Source: Bigelowiella natans CCMP2755 (Eukaryota; Protista; Cercozoa). From it: a stretch of DNA of 32,531 nucleotides. The stretch covers positions 1-32,531 of the forward strand of contig ADNK01002986.1 of NCBI GenBank assembly GCA_000320545.1, in the 5' to 3' direction. The notes beneath the pieces were generated by a model. That model did not search any database and was not told where the DNA came from. It saw only the letters and a program-made list of their open reading frames with translations. Each line of letters begins with the position of its first letter. The stretch's first letter is position 1. Shown piece after piece: positions 11,233 to 23,556 of this stretch. A program made the position numbers and the translations under genes.

Positions 11233-12522
11233 ATGCTTACGACCTTGCTGCTGTTGCTTTCTATTCTCCCATCTAATGTCCAAGCGTTTATGGTAGTCCT
11301 GGGCAAGTATGAGGAAAAGGCGGAGATTTTGGATGACCGTAACAACATTTTCGAAGAACTTTTTGTGGATGACAAGCCGGAGATAGTTGCGGTTGGGTTT
11401 CGCTGGACTGAAGGGCCGGTGTGGAACTTCAAGGACGAATCTCTCTATTTCTCTGATACTGTCCTCGATAACATATATCGGTTTGACACCAAGACCAATA
11501 AGATTTCCATTTTCCTCTACAACTCCGGGGGGTTGGACCAGGAAAGTGGAGAAAAGCAGCTTCTCGTCGAGACTGGATCGAATGGATTGATAATTGATGG
11601 AAATGAGAACGAGCTCATCATTATGCAACATGGAGGCAGAGGGATCTCCCGCATGGATATGGACTTAGGCTTCTTGGTTAAGTTCGCTTCTACTTATCCT
11701 GCCAACAAGGGCCACAAAGGACACCGACTCAACAGTCCAAACGACGGGGTGATTTATCATGATGTTGATCATACAAAAAAGAAATACCTATTCTTCACGG
11801 ATCCTCCTTATGGACTAATTAACGTCTCGCAACCGCACGACCATCCTGACGTAGACGCAAGATCTGAGATTAATGGTAGTTACGTTTACTCGGTTGATTT
11901 GGAGCGCAAAAATCCGAACATCACCGTGCTAAAGAATAACGGAAACACAACGAGACCAAACGGGATCGATATTACACCGGACGGGGAGTTCGCCTACATC
12001 TCTAATTGTTGTCAAGGCCACGACCCCTACTGCCCCCGTGGAAGGGGCATTTGGTGGAAGCATAAGATACTGCATAATGAGAGCTGGGAGGAGTTTGGGC
12101 ATCCGACACTGGCGAATAGTCATGTCCCGATCATCATAAACTTTGGCCGCACCTCTGGGTGCGCGGATGGCTTCAAGGTTATACCAGGACTTGATGACGA
12201 CGATGATGACGTTCCCAGCAGTCCAATGATAATAGGAAGCTGTCCGGGAGGTTTGTGCATCTTAGATACAAGGGATTGGAAGCTGTATGAGCCTCTGCTG
12301 GCATATCTGGGGATGCCAGAGAGAGTCAGCAATGTGGCCGTTGGAGGGGATGGGTACCTGTATATTACGGGTGAAGGGAAGCTATGGAGGCTGAAGATTC
12401 ACGAAGACTACAGGGAACTAATGATAACGGGTAGGTACTCATACATCATGGAGCAGAGAGAAAGGGATCGTAAAAGGAAAACGAAGGAGGGGGGAGACGA
12501 AAAAACCCGCGATGACTTGTGA
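11233..12522 (+). CDS. SMP-30/gluconolactonase/LRE-family beta-propeller protein with signal peptide and C-terminal RDDL
   Basis: 429-aa intronless ORF with a hydrophobic N-terminus (MLTTLLLLLSILPSNVQA) and family motifs GFRWTEGPVW, LYFSD, GSNGL, RLNSPND, FFTDPPYG, RPNGIDITPDG, GCADG, VSNVAVGGDGYLYIT. Confidence 0.92.
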   Translation: MLTTLLLLLSILPSNVQAFMVVLGKYEEKAEILDDRNNIFEELFVDDKPEIVAVGFRWTEGPVWNFKDESLYFSDTVLDNIYRFDTKTNKISIFLYNSGGLDQESGEKQLLVETGSNGLIIDGNENELIIMQHGGRGISRMDMDLGFLVKFASTYPANKGHKGHRLNSPNDGVIYHDVDHTKKKYLFFTDPPYGLINVSQPHDHPDVDARSEINGSYVYSVDLERKNPNITVLKNNGNTTRPNGIDITPDGEFAYISNCCQGHDPYCPRGRGIWWKHKILHNESWEEFGHPTLANSHVPIIINFGRTSGCADGFKVIPGLDDDDDDVPSSPMIIGSCPGGLCILDTRDWKLYEPLLAYLGMPERVSNVAVGGDGYLYITGEGKLWRLKIHEDYRELMITGRYSYIMEQRERDRKRKTKEGGDEKTRDDL

Positions 12523-13446
12523 TGTATCGTAACAAATAAGCTGTCAACCGCTTTATTCTGCCCTCGTTGTTGCATGCATTATATGCATACACACATGTAC
12601 TTGTGTTCTAAGAACCAGTCAATAGAGTTGATAAGTACTGCCGACTAGTCACATGTTTGATGTATATTCGATCGATGAGATTGGCAAACTCGCATCAGTA
12701 GTAGTCTTCACGCACATGAGACGCTACGGATGCTAACGAAGTGGTTAAATCTTTTCAATGCTCATCCGTATCTAGCTGGCAACGCCATGGCGGCTGCAGC
12801 ACATATGTCCTAGATGTCATGTGACGCAGAACAATGTAGTCATGTAGTCATGCAAATATACGCATACGATGGCTGATCGAGATGACACTAGCGGAGGATT
12901 TTTTCTTTGCAGTGTAGTGATCGATGATTCAGCAAGCACTGTGTCATGCCTAAGACATGCATTGTGTAGGTCTTTGCATGTGTAGTGCACGGTATCCATT
13001 GCACAGCTACATCAGGATGACCATTGAAAAAATTTAATTTGTTCATTACATCCGTCTCATCCATGCACAGTCGCTTTGATATCGCACCACGACCACATGC
13101 AATAACGTTGCAGCTCATCCCAGTACGTAGCAATGTGCTCTATCTGAAAACGTGAAGATTTCGACGTCATCTAATCATACACATATCTGCGCGCACATGG
13201 ATGTGGCGCACGTACGCACACACAACTATACATGTAACTTGGCTCTGCAAACGAAAATGTCGTCTAAACATCCCAGCATCGTATCTTTATTATTTCGTCA
13301 GCCCATCCCACATAGAAATATAGAAAGCTGATATTATTCGCAATCAAGATGTGTCCACAGCTTAATGATGTTCAAGCTTCGCGGCACTTGGCTGGCCGTT
13401 TATCACGGCTTTGAGTTTGAGGAGGTAGCTCTAGCCTGTTAGGTCT

Positions 13447-16116
13447 TCACCTTCCAACACCTCGTTTGGAGGCCAACTACACACAACGAAATAAGGCCGA
13501 ACATCAGAGAGTACACAAATGTGCTGTGACGTGCGTATGTTTGTGTGCGTGCATGCGTGCGTGTGCGTGAAAGAGAGAGAGAGGGAGAGGAAGAGGGAGA
13601 AAGCTTGCTATGTGCATGCTGTGTGTATTGCTGCAAACCTCATACTTCGCGAAAGCTAGGCGAAGGGTGGAAACGGACGGTTTGCCTGACGACCTCGGCG
13701 CATCATCAACAAACTTGAATCCTAAGAAAGTACACAATGCTCAAGAATTGCCTCATTTCCTCCAGAATAGCGTCGTCATACAGCAACACGACAGATAAAT
13801 CGGGAGAAGGTTCAAGCATGCGTCGTCCCCAAGACCCCCTCATGAAATCTACTTTGTTTTGAGATACCATCTCTACCTTGAAGCCTCCTCATCGCTTCCG
13901 TGGCCAGCTCGGCGGAAGAGAATCGTACGAACGCAATGGGAGCTTTGCCCTCCTGCGACACGAGAAGAAAGCAAGGGGGGAGGGGGGGGGGGTTGTTTAA
14001 TGATTGCAAAAATAAGGAGATCTGCAGGGCCAACGGGGAAGCTCTCCATCAGATACTATCTAACGATGCTCAGAATCCACATAGCCGGGACAATTCAGGT
14101 CCTCAAGCTCGGAGAAACCACAAGCAATTTTTTTAACATCATATAGAGAGTTGCAGGGCGCGGAAGAAAGGCCATCGCTCGGATGTCTGTTTGATCCAGC
14201 CTTATGTGGATACTCAGAGGAATCGTACAGAACAGCACCCCGGGGCGAGCACGGGGGCGATGTTTACACGCCAGATATTATTACCGCTGCGCAAAGCTGC
14301 TACCTTTTGGTTGAAACTGAGGGCTTCGAACCCTTGTGCTCCGTCGCCCACAAACATCGATTTTGCCTTAGAATATCAAGCCATGGGTGTGCGTTCTCAG
14401 CGAAGCTATTCTCCTCGTCGAGGAGGAAAGGACCAAACCTGCTCTTCGGTGTATGAGAACGGAAATCCAACCGCGAACAGCGTGTTGATGGCCTTGCCCG
14501 CCTGGTTAGCAGGAGCAACTCAGATGGCATCGTCTTTCGATGCTACTCGCTATACGTGCTGCACTAGGTGCTTTTGTGTTTTATGTCATGTGCCGCTGTG
14601 AAGGAGAAACCTTCTTGGCAGCTTTGCTGTTCCGCCTTTCTTTTCGGCGCCTGTTACGATTAACGCGTGTAGTTAAGTGTTTCCTCGCTGACGCTAGTGA
14701 CCGGCTATCTCATTCACCCTCCGCTGGCCCACTCACCCCCCCACCCCCGCGGACGGACAATATAACGCGCGGGCGCATAAATACGTTCACAATGCCAATA
14801 GGGGGGTGGGTAGATCCCCTCACTCTCTGACCCACGATATGGCTACTTCGACTGGGAAGTCGCATAATGGATTCTCTAGCGTAGTGCGTCTCAGAGCTCA
14901 CTCTCTGTAGCACCTTTCACGGTAGAAGGCGAACCATTCTTGGAAGCATAGTCTCTTCTCGTCCTCCCTCTGCGCGTTGATCTTGCGCTGGCTCTCGAGC
15001 TCGGTCGTCAGTAAGCGCCGGTCATGCGCTAGTGCCGCTCTTTTCTCCGTGAACATCTTCTCCTTCTCGGCAATCTGGAGGCAAGAAGTTGCGTGCGTTT
15101 TAGTCTACCAATCACGTGGGTGGCCCCCTCTCGTCCCCCACCCTACTGCTCGCTCGCTCGCTCGCACTTCGCTCTCTCTTTGCCCCACACATGAGCGCTC
15201 GACGATGCAGGCTAAGTGCCACCTCTACCCACCTTTTGGGCCCGCTTCCTGAGCTTTTTGTATTTCTTCTTTTTCTCCTCGTTGGCGCTATCCTACAAGG
15301 ATGAGGCAGAAGGAGTGCTCGAATGATCCGTTTCTCTATCAACGAAGAAGGATGGACAGCGAAAATCGAAGAGTACCTTTTTCCATTTCTTCTTGGCCAG
15401 CCTCGTTTTCTCCTCGATTTCTACACAATAAGTATCAGTATGACATGGTAGCGCGGTAGAATTGGTCATTGTCAGGGTTATAAATAAATATAAGAAATCT
15501 CAAAAGTGCCGCAAGAAACAGGGTTTTCCCCCTCTAGTTACCTTGTAGAGTGGGACGATGGGGAGTGCACCAGATGATCCCTTCCGTTGCAACATCTGCG
15601 CTACTATCCTCCTTGTCCGCATCCTCGTCACGCTTTCGCTTCCCCTTCTTGCTGGGATCTGGCATTAATTAATATACGTTAGGCAAAGGATGGGGTGAGG
15701 ACAAGGCGGCTGGATGTTGCGGGCTCAACCTTTTGGCCATATATTCTCTTCAAAGCTCATCTTCGACTCGATTGCGCGGAACATAATCTGCAAAGAGTGG
15801 GCATGTTAAAAAAAATCAGCCTTCAACCCGACAGTCGTAAAGAGAGCAGACTATGCGGACATTTATCAGATGCTTGTAGCTGCCTGCATCGAATCCTCGA
15901 TCATTATCTGCGTCTCGGTCACCATTAGCTGCCTTCTTCTTTCCCTTTGCGCTGCCCTTGATGTAGGAGCTCCATTTCGCTGGATCCACCACCTGAAGGC
16001 AGCAGCTTAGCTGAGGAGGGGGGGCATTTAGATTACTTGGAGCTCAAGAATCAAACCACGGATTTGAAGCGAGGGTCGTCTTCCTCTTCAGACGACGACG
16101 AAGACGATGCCGACAT
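13447..16116 (-). CDS. Multi-exon RRM-containing RNA-binding protein with a Lys/Arg-rich, charged N-terminal half
   Basis: Starts MSASSSSSSEEEDDPRFKSV (ATG 16116). Spliced RRM: NTLFAVGFPFSYTEEQ|AKSMFVGDGAQGFEALSFNQK|EGKAPIAFVRFSSAELATEAMRRLQ|GFKF...STLRLAFAK, with RNP2- and RNP1-like motifs of the RBPMS/Scw1 type. Some middle junctions and the last exon are uncertain. Confidence 0.75.
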
Positions 16117-16523
16117 TCGCCGTCTCGACCAACAAGAGGGGGCGGGTTCGAGTGCCGTAAATTCTTCTGCTACTCTTGACAGCGACGAGCGCGTGTCCTC
16201 ATCGCGCAGAGCTAGGAGGGGATGGGCAGACAGGGGCGGAGCAGTGCGGAAAGATGGACGGACTACGATAGGGTTTATCTCGCACCAAAAATGGATTTCC
16301 TGTTCGCAATAACAACAATACTTTTGTCGAAACCTAGAAAGAAATTCATGCTTGATTTGACCGAAGGGCGATCTGTGCGAAAAAGCTTAAAAGTTGCGGC
16401 TCGCGAACAAATGGCGCGCTCGTGTTTGCTGTTGGGCCTCAATTTCCGTGACAATTACGTCAGAATAGCATGTCGCTTGATATAAATCCCATGTATTTCC
16501 TTTGATCCAGATTTCGGCTTCCA

Positions 16524-18729
16524 ATGGCTGCCACCTCAGGCCTCAAAAGGGAGCTGCCATCAGAACCAACACACAGCAAGCAGGACGATGTAGGCCTTTC
16601 AGGACCGGATGCTCCGCGGAAAAGAGCTCGTACAGACGATGGGAGGGCCTGCGGGGAGTTTAGTTGCTCGCGCCCAGAAAGCAAAGACCTTGCCGGCGGC
16701 GCGAAAGAAAACGTAAGTCAAAGATGTGCTTTGAGCTTGGCCCGATATGAATGAATAATAAGTTGTTTGCTGCAGTATTCATGCTCTACCACAAAGATAT
16801 CATGCTTATCTTTCGTTGTCAACCTGCTGTATGGCCTCAGGACTCTCCTGCTGCCCCCTCCCAGGCAAGCGTGTCTGATACGCGCGTTCGACAGGCGGTG
16901 GGGGCAGAAAGCAGGGTCCTGGAGGAAATAGAGGGTAGCCGACGTGTAGCAGGAGCTTCAAAGGCTTCAGGTTGTGCTACGAAGGAAGAAAGCTCGGTGA
17001 AAGTAGAGGCAGAAGTTCCTTCTACAACGCCAGTAGGAAGCGAGAGAATTCATCAAAAGGACAGGAGTATCACCATGGCAGATGGCAATTCAAAGGGTAA
17101 TACAGATGGTAGTAGCCACGTTGGAGGCGAAGGCGCGCCCCCGGGGGAAACAAAGCCGCCGCAAACAGGCTCCACGGGTATGAAAAAGGCCTGGACGCCG
17201 GCGTTTGATGTTGGGACACGGCTGCAGGTGATGCCGACTTGCTCGAAGTGAAACTGTGTAAATCGCTTCTCGCATAATCACCACCGCCACCACCATCAAG
17301 CGAACAACAACATCATCACCATTGCCATCACAATCACCATCACCATTATCATCGACAACAACAACAACAACAACAACAGGTTCAGTGGGAGATCGTTGAT
17401 CAGAACCAACAAGTCGAAGTAAGATGGTGGGGCTGCGAGTACCTGGGCGAACTCCCTTCGCCCACAGAGGACGGCAAGATCCTGCACAGCCTACGGTCTG
17501 GTCTCTTCGTATTCTAGCCTCTCCGTGTCTGTGTATGCGCGGTCGGAAGCAACGACGCTAGTAGTTCCGAACATAGTGTCATCGATTGAGATCAGATACG
17601 CTATTTTTCGCTCAGTGGTGGTGGTGGTGGCGTGCCCATATCTGCTTCGCATATTCCCGTTATCCTTCATCGTACTAATACGTGTATGCAGCTATGACGC
17701 CAACGGCGAATTCGAGGAGACCGATTGCCGGGTCGCCTTTCTCTCCGATTCGCTTCTGTGGGACTGCGACTATGACGGCGAGATGTTTTGGGTGAGCCTC
17801 AACCTACAACTCCTTATGATCGCCTCCATGCTTAACCCCCCCCCCCCCCCCCCCCTAATGTTACTACTACTACTACTACTCAGTGCTAGTTGAATGGAAT
17901 GTAGCGATAGTGTGAGCGTGTGTGTGCAATGCGCGTGAATTTGTGCCTGCAATCAGCGCGTCCAGCCAGACAACTGGGATGAGAGCAAGGAATATCCAGA
18001 GGAGAAGTATACTATGCAGCAGGTACCGATATCTCTACGGTGATGGGCTGAATATCGGAAGAGAAGGGAAAGGGGGGGGGGCAGAAGGAGGGGGAGACGG
18101 AGGCGTGTTACAAGCGCTTTGGAACTAGAGGAAGTATTTGAGGAGCTTATTTTGCATAGTTGCAGCTTTCTCATTCTTCTTCTTCTTCTTCTTCTTCTTC
18201 TTCTTCTTCTTCACCATCCCATCGGCGTGCGCGCTCCCCCCCTCCCCCCCCACGCCATTCTCCACCTCCTCCTCTTCCTCCTGCTGCTGCCGCTGCTGCT
18301 CTACTAGATAATCCAAGATCAAGAGACAGAGGAGAAGAAAGAGGGAGCTCAGCTTAGCCTGTACACGTTGGGGCTGCAAGCCTTTGGCACCATGCCCCAT
18401 GAGAAACAGCGGATGGTCGCGGAAGCCTACCAGGCCTTCTCGACGAAGTTCCGTGGAAGATTGGAAAAGCTGAAGCAAGAAAGGTTCTAGTCATTCAAGC
18501 GGACAGAAGCGCGCGCGCGCAACATGGACAAATGTATATGTGTGTGAGTGAATGTGCGCGCGCGCGCGCGCAAATTTGAAGATATGATTTAATTGGCATT
18601 GTTTCTCGAACAATCAGGGGCTCTGGCTGCGAGATTACCACCGCAGATATCAATGGAATAATGGAAGAGCTGCAGAAGCTGAAACGGTCGCGGACTATGG
18701 CACTCGATCCCGATGACCTTCCCGTTTAG
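16524..18729 (+). CDS. Multi-exon hypothetical protein; low-complexity N-terminus, Tudor/SH3-like segment
   Basis: Phase-consistent exons MAATSGLKRE...KEN|DSPA...FDVGTRLQ|VQWEIVDQNQQVEVRWWGCEYLG...HSLR|YDANGEFEETDCRVAFLSDSLLWD...FW|RVQPDNW...QQ|IIQDQE...KLKQER|GSGCEITTADINGIMEELQKLKR...LPV*, with TAG at 18727-18729. Confidence 0.78.
18174..18212. repeat. Intronic (TTC)n microsatellite
   Basis: Seen directly. Confidence 0.95.
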
Positions 18730-19684
18730 GAGTATTCTCCCGCCCCCCTGCGGATGCATGCTGGGCACCTTCTCTAGTAGCACAACAACGGCATCACACA
18801 GAAACGCGGGCCATTTCATTATTTTGTACAGTCACACGTGGTCGCATCGCAGCGTGGGCGAAGCTGATGCTTCGTCGACCTCCAAGCAAACGCAATGATC
18901 ACTCGTCTATGTGATGGAATAAATCTTGAAGCCACGAAAACAAGATGGACTTGGAACCTGTTGTTTGAGCAGATATTCTGGTACGATCGTATCTTGCGGT
19001 GGTGTCATGTGCGTTGAAGCACGACAAGTGCCTCATCACCCTCGCAGCGGATGCCCTGATTTGCTTGCAATGCTGCGCGATCTCACTGTCTTTCATCTTA
19101 TTTATGATCAACGCGTGGCTTGACTGCGTGTTCCATCTGATTCCAGCTAGCCAGCACAGCACATGCACATTTAAACATGCACCGACAAGCGACGTCTGGT
19201 GGCTCAATGACAGCATTGCAAAGTCACGGCAGCGCACGCATTCGTCGCACACCGTGCGCGATGCTCACTCAGTTAACTCTTGCCTGCAAGAGGGCCGCAT
19301 CAATCACAGCACTGGACTGTTCCCCGCGCTATCTGTCCTCTATACATGTTCCGTCTTTGCCTTGAAGGCTAGCCGTAGCACCTGTACGTCTGAGAGGCGT
19401 ATATGAGGACGAAGGTTGCTTATTTGCTTTTGTTGAACATAAGGAGCTTATGGCGTTACATACAGAGAAATCAAAGGTATTAGCCATGTTTGAAGGCGGT
19501 GCTCAAGCCTAATCATAAATTGGCCTTATTCGCATAGATATTTAGCAACAGTCAGGTGTATGTAAGCAGCTCCAGGAAGATTGAGCTAAATAACGTTGGC
19601 AATCAGGTTGTCTGATTTGTTGGTATTGAAATTTTGGAGAGTTGTCATCATTGTGAAATTCTTATTAGATGTGTAGCGTTCGAG

Positions 19685-22600
19685 CTAATCTTGAGCAACG
19701 GATGAAATAGGCTGCATTGCAGAAATGGAAGTGGCAGACTTGAGCATATCCAACCCATCGTTATCTTCGTCTCCTTCATGCTGGGCATTCGTATTGCTCT
19801 TCCCCCCGACGATTCCATCGTTCGTCTTCGACTCGCCGTTGATTTCGATTATGACTATATCATCATCATCATCATCATCATCATCGTTGTCATTATCATC
19901 ATTCTTGTTCGCTGCTGCCATTGCTTGGCCATCTCCACTGCGGTCCTCCATCTTATCTTCAAGCTTCTTCCCTGCAACGTCACCTTCCTTGACATTCTTC
20001 TCGTCTTTCCGCTTCGCCACACACGCAGTGTCGTCGCTACTACTACTGAGGAGGGATACGATGGGTGGCGGGACCACGACGAAGCCGTGAGGAGATGCCG
20101 AGCCGTCTGCAGGGCCCTTCTCCCCATTGGTACCATCACTAGTTTGCGCATTTGCATCGGTAGTCTGCGCGAGTTGACGCGAGCCGCCGGAAATGCTCGT
20201 TGTCTTCTGGCCGTCAGAGCTTCGAGGGACCTGCAACGTGTTTGGCCGTCTGTTCCCCTCGTCGCTGACAGGTGTGGGATTCTCGCTACTACTCTTCTTC
20301 TTCTTCCTCCTCTTATCATTCTTCTTCTTCTCCTCCTTCTCCTCCTCCTCCTCCTGCTGCGACTTGGCACCGCCGCCGTGCCTGTACATAGCAGACTTAT
20401 CCTCGCTCCTGGAGAGCAGGGCTTTGGATGATTTGTTGTTGATCGTGGCGTTTGCGTCGCTGGCGACGACGTTGCCCACCCCTCCTGTCGTGTTGGCATT
20501 CATCGATCTGATCTCCAATGCCCGCTCGCTGTGCGAGGAGCCTCGCGGCGACGCGCCTCTGCTGCTGCCTCCACGCATCAGCCTGGCCCTTTTCAGCGCG
20601 GCAGCCGGGCCCTGTGCAACAATCTGCGCGTGTGTACTGGATGTGAGAGAGTCGTCGTTATTCGAAGCATTTGCGTCGCGCTCTCTATACAGATATATGC
20701 TGCCCCTTCCTCCTCTCCCTATGCATCTTTCCGATAACCCCACCGTTTCATCATCACCTCTATCGGTTGCTGCTTTACGAGCCCATACTCCGCCATCAGC
20801 TCCCACACCGCGCACGGAACGCAGCTGCTCACCATCATTTTGTCAATGTGTAACAGATCAGAGACGCGCACACCACGCAACTGAGAGGTGTTGTCTACTT
20901 TTCGTATCATGCAAATTGACGGCACACATACGCTATCGTCATCGTCGTCGTCGTCGTCATCGTTGTTGTTCTCAGAACATGTCAATAGTGATAATTGTTT
21001 GGATCGTCAGTCGTCATCTTACTAATCGTCATTGGTGGCGTGAATCATAGCCAAGGCCACAAACGCCGCGCTGAAGACCCACACTCCGATTGGCTCCTGG
21101 CCAAACAAACATCAGCATCGAGGGGCAGAAGTATTCTATCCGGAGGGATCTCTCACCCACCCGCAGGATACTCGCATCCGTGCTTTTGTATATTCATATG
21201 TGTTATAGTGAACAAACGCGTGCAGGTGATCTTGCGTAAACCTGCAGTGCGGCTAAGATGATGATAGCGATGTACGCGTTGCTTATGATGAAATCGGCGA
21301 ATCTACGGGCTTTGTTCTTGACAAACCTTACAAAATGCACAGATCTCACACAGGTACACAACTACCTCATACTCCTCTAAATTACTCACGGTTATGACAA
21401 AATAACACCATCCTTCTTTACCTGCCCCCCTCTCCCCCCTCCCTGTTTCTCCAACTAACTCTCTTTGGAAACAAACGTCGCTGAATCATTTTTTCCTCCT
21501 TAATCCTCCCATCCCACCTCGCGGGTAGAAGATCGTATCTCGAAACTAAAGGGTCGGTGATGAAAAGGACAAAGAAGGAGACTGGGTCAAGCCTTGGCCC
21601 TGCAAGCACACGTAACACGCTCATCACCAACGCTAAGGCGAAGATGACCAATGTGCGTGCAAAAGCGAACTCGAGGTTTCCAGCAAGAACAAGTAGAACG
21701 TGAACCAGACGGTGCTGCCTGAGGGGGGGGGGGGGGGGGATGGCAGAAGAGGGAATTTGGAGAACAGGGGGAGGGCGGGCTTAGTAACGTCTTATTATTA
21801 TTATTATTATTCCATTCCTCCTCTTCTTCTTCTTCTTTCTCTGCCTCCCCCACCATAATAAATGCTGACCTAGTTTGAGAACCGTCGACGGGGTTGGGGT
21901 ACGTGAAGAAGGAGCGAATATCAGGCGTCTCCTTACGATGGAAGCACCACAATGCACAGTTCCTAGATTCCTCCCAGCACTTTTCTATAGCTACGGTTTG
22001 GATAAATCTACAGCACCGCGAGAAAGAAAATAAGGATTGCGCCTACCCTCTAAGGACTATAAACAAACGCGCTCTTTCATGCGAATTACGCCCACATAAT
22101 GAAATTCTAGGAGCTTCATGTTGTGCTTACCCTCGCACTTTTCCTTAATACTGAATTGTGGAAATAATTACGTATGTATATACATATATTCATCAATGCA
22201 GGATGCCTTGATCTTGTGCCTCTGAGGCAACAGACCTTCGAAAGATATCCAGCCTCACAACCTCCTTAACCTCAGCGTATGCACGATCAAAGATATCATA
22301 GGAGAGCTCGGAACTAGATAGAAGCGTCTTAATCTCCCCTTCATCGCAATCGTCTTCGTTACTTAGCGGGTTTTTGTCAGGAGAAGATATCTCCACCCAC
22401 TGTTTCATCGTATGGGTGTGGTTTCGCGCTGATAGGTTAACTGCACGTGCAGAGTTTTCTGCGAAGTAGGTGTCAATTATATACCTCGCGGTTTTGAGAT
22501 ACCTGATAGTTTCCATCTTTGTGTGCGGAAGAAGATGTGATGAATGGATAGTGTCATCAACGAATGGTGACATGTTCATCATATGGGTTCTGATAGTTGT

Positions 22601-23556
22601 TTTGGATTCCGGCGTACTCTTTGTAGGCAGGTCTCCGCTTGAACTCCTGCACCTCGATCATAAAAAGGACGGCTTCCTACAAGGGGGAAAGATTGAGATC
22701 ATTTTTTAAACAAGATCTGGATTGAGGTTTATTCACTAGCATCATTTGGTATTCACTACCTCGCAATGCTGGATCTTCGCAAAACTTAGGAAAGTCGAAA
22801 TATCTAGCGGGGCCTGAAAGCGGTTTTCCATAACCTGATCGATAGTCGCCTTTCCCCCCAACATCGTCACCTTGAGTTTCTTATTCTTCTCGATTTCCTT
22901 GAGCAGAGATGCAGAAAGGAAGCCATGAACTACAGCGAAATGAGACGAGGGTCAGATGGTTACCTTGATGTCAACCTCCTTCCCCCCCTTCGGCGAGCTG
23001 CTCTTGAAAGAGGTGGTAAGTCCGTTGTTGGTAGCTGTGGATCCCGCTTTCGAGATCGAATTGACACTTGCATTTGGGCTGAAGAGCCCAAGTTTAGCGG
23101 CCATCGTCGAATCTCTTCTGAAACCCGTACAGCAAAAAAAGAAATCGCTCGGCAGTTAATTAAAGGATGGAAGGAGCAATCTTCTGCTAGGTAGTATTGG
23201 GAATTTGAGGCATTTTCGTAATTAATCTAGATTATCTTGTCGCACTATCTTTCTCTCCTTGATTGGTTGTGTTAATTCAAAGCACCGGTAACACATCTCC
23301 GTCCCGGGTTTGCACGCCGAGACAGTCTCAGCATCGTCTCCAATGAGGAACATTCCGTGTTTGTACTTCCAGAAGGGTAGGAGCAGGGGTACCAAAGTAA
23401 TTTCTTCGGCTCAACATTTTTTTGGTTGGAATTCCCTAATATGATACCGGAGATAAGGGACATTCGAAATTGTGGTAAAATAATTGAAGGATCCAGTGCA
23501 AACACTCCTGAAAACACACGGACGCACTCCGTGGAGCTTATGACAAAATAGTCCAC
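19685..23556 (-). CDS. RGS-domain protein fused to a DUF4395-like transmembrane CxxC domain, with a long low-complexity C-terminal tail (5' end unresolved)
   Basis: Spliced RGS motifs FLSFAKIQHCE|EAVLFMIEVQEFK...ARYIIDTYFAENSARAVNLS...IFDRAYAEVKEVVRLDIFR|RF. Then FFTYPNPVD...RVLAGPRLDP...FVKNKARRFA...YCVPCAVWELMAEYGLV. The last exon is the bulk of ORF 19685-20815. Confidence 0.8.

Noticed and set aside
14130-14180. APCNSLY resembling the start of a second Scw1-type RRM
   Set aside because: The RRM reads cleanly if this stretch is intronic (NQK|EGKAPIAF), and there is no convincing continuation.
18589-18900. Minus-strand text (LYKIMKWPAFLCD...RILLNGKVIG) resembling a LINE reverse-transcriptase segment
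   Set aside because: The LNGKVIG portion is antisense to the last exon of the plus-strand gene (18618-18729), and no QG or YADD motifs follow.
19725-21050. Long plus-strand and alternate-frame ORFs (217, 214, 285 aa)
   Set aside because: Shadows of the low-complexity, GC-rich terminal exon of the RGS gene.
21177-21600. Cyclin-fold resemblance in the middle exons of the RGS gene
   Set aside because: Better explained by DUF4395-like motifs once the segment ~21110-21241 is treated as intron.
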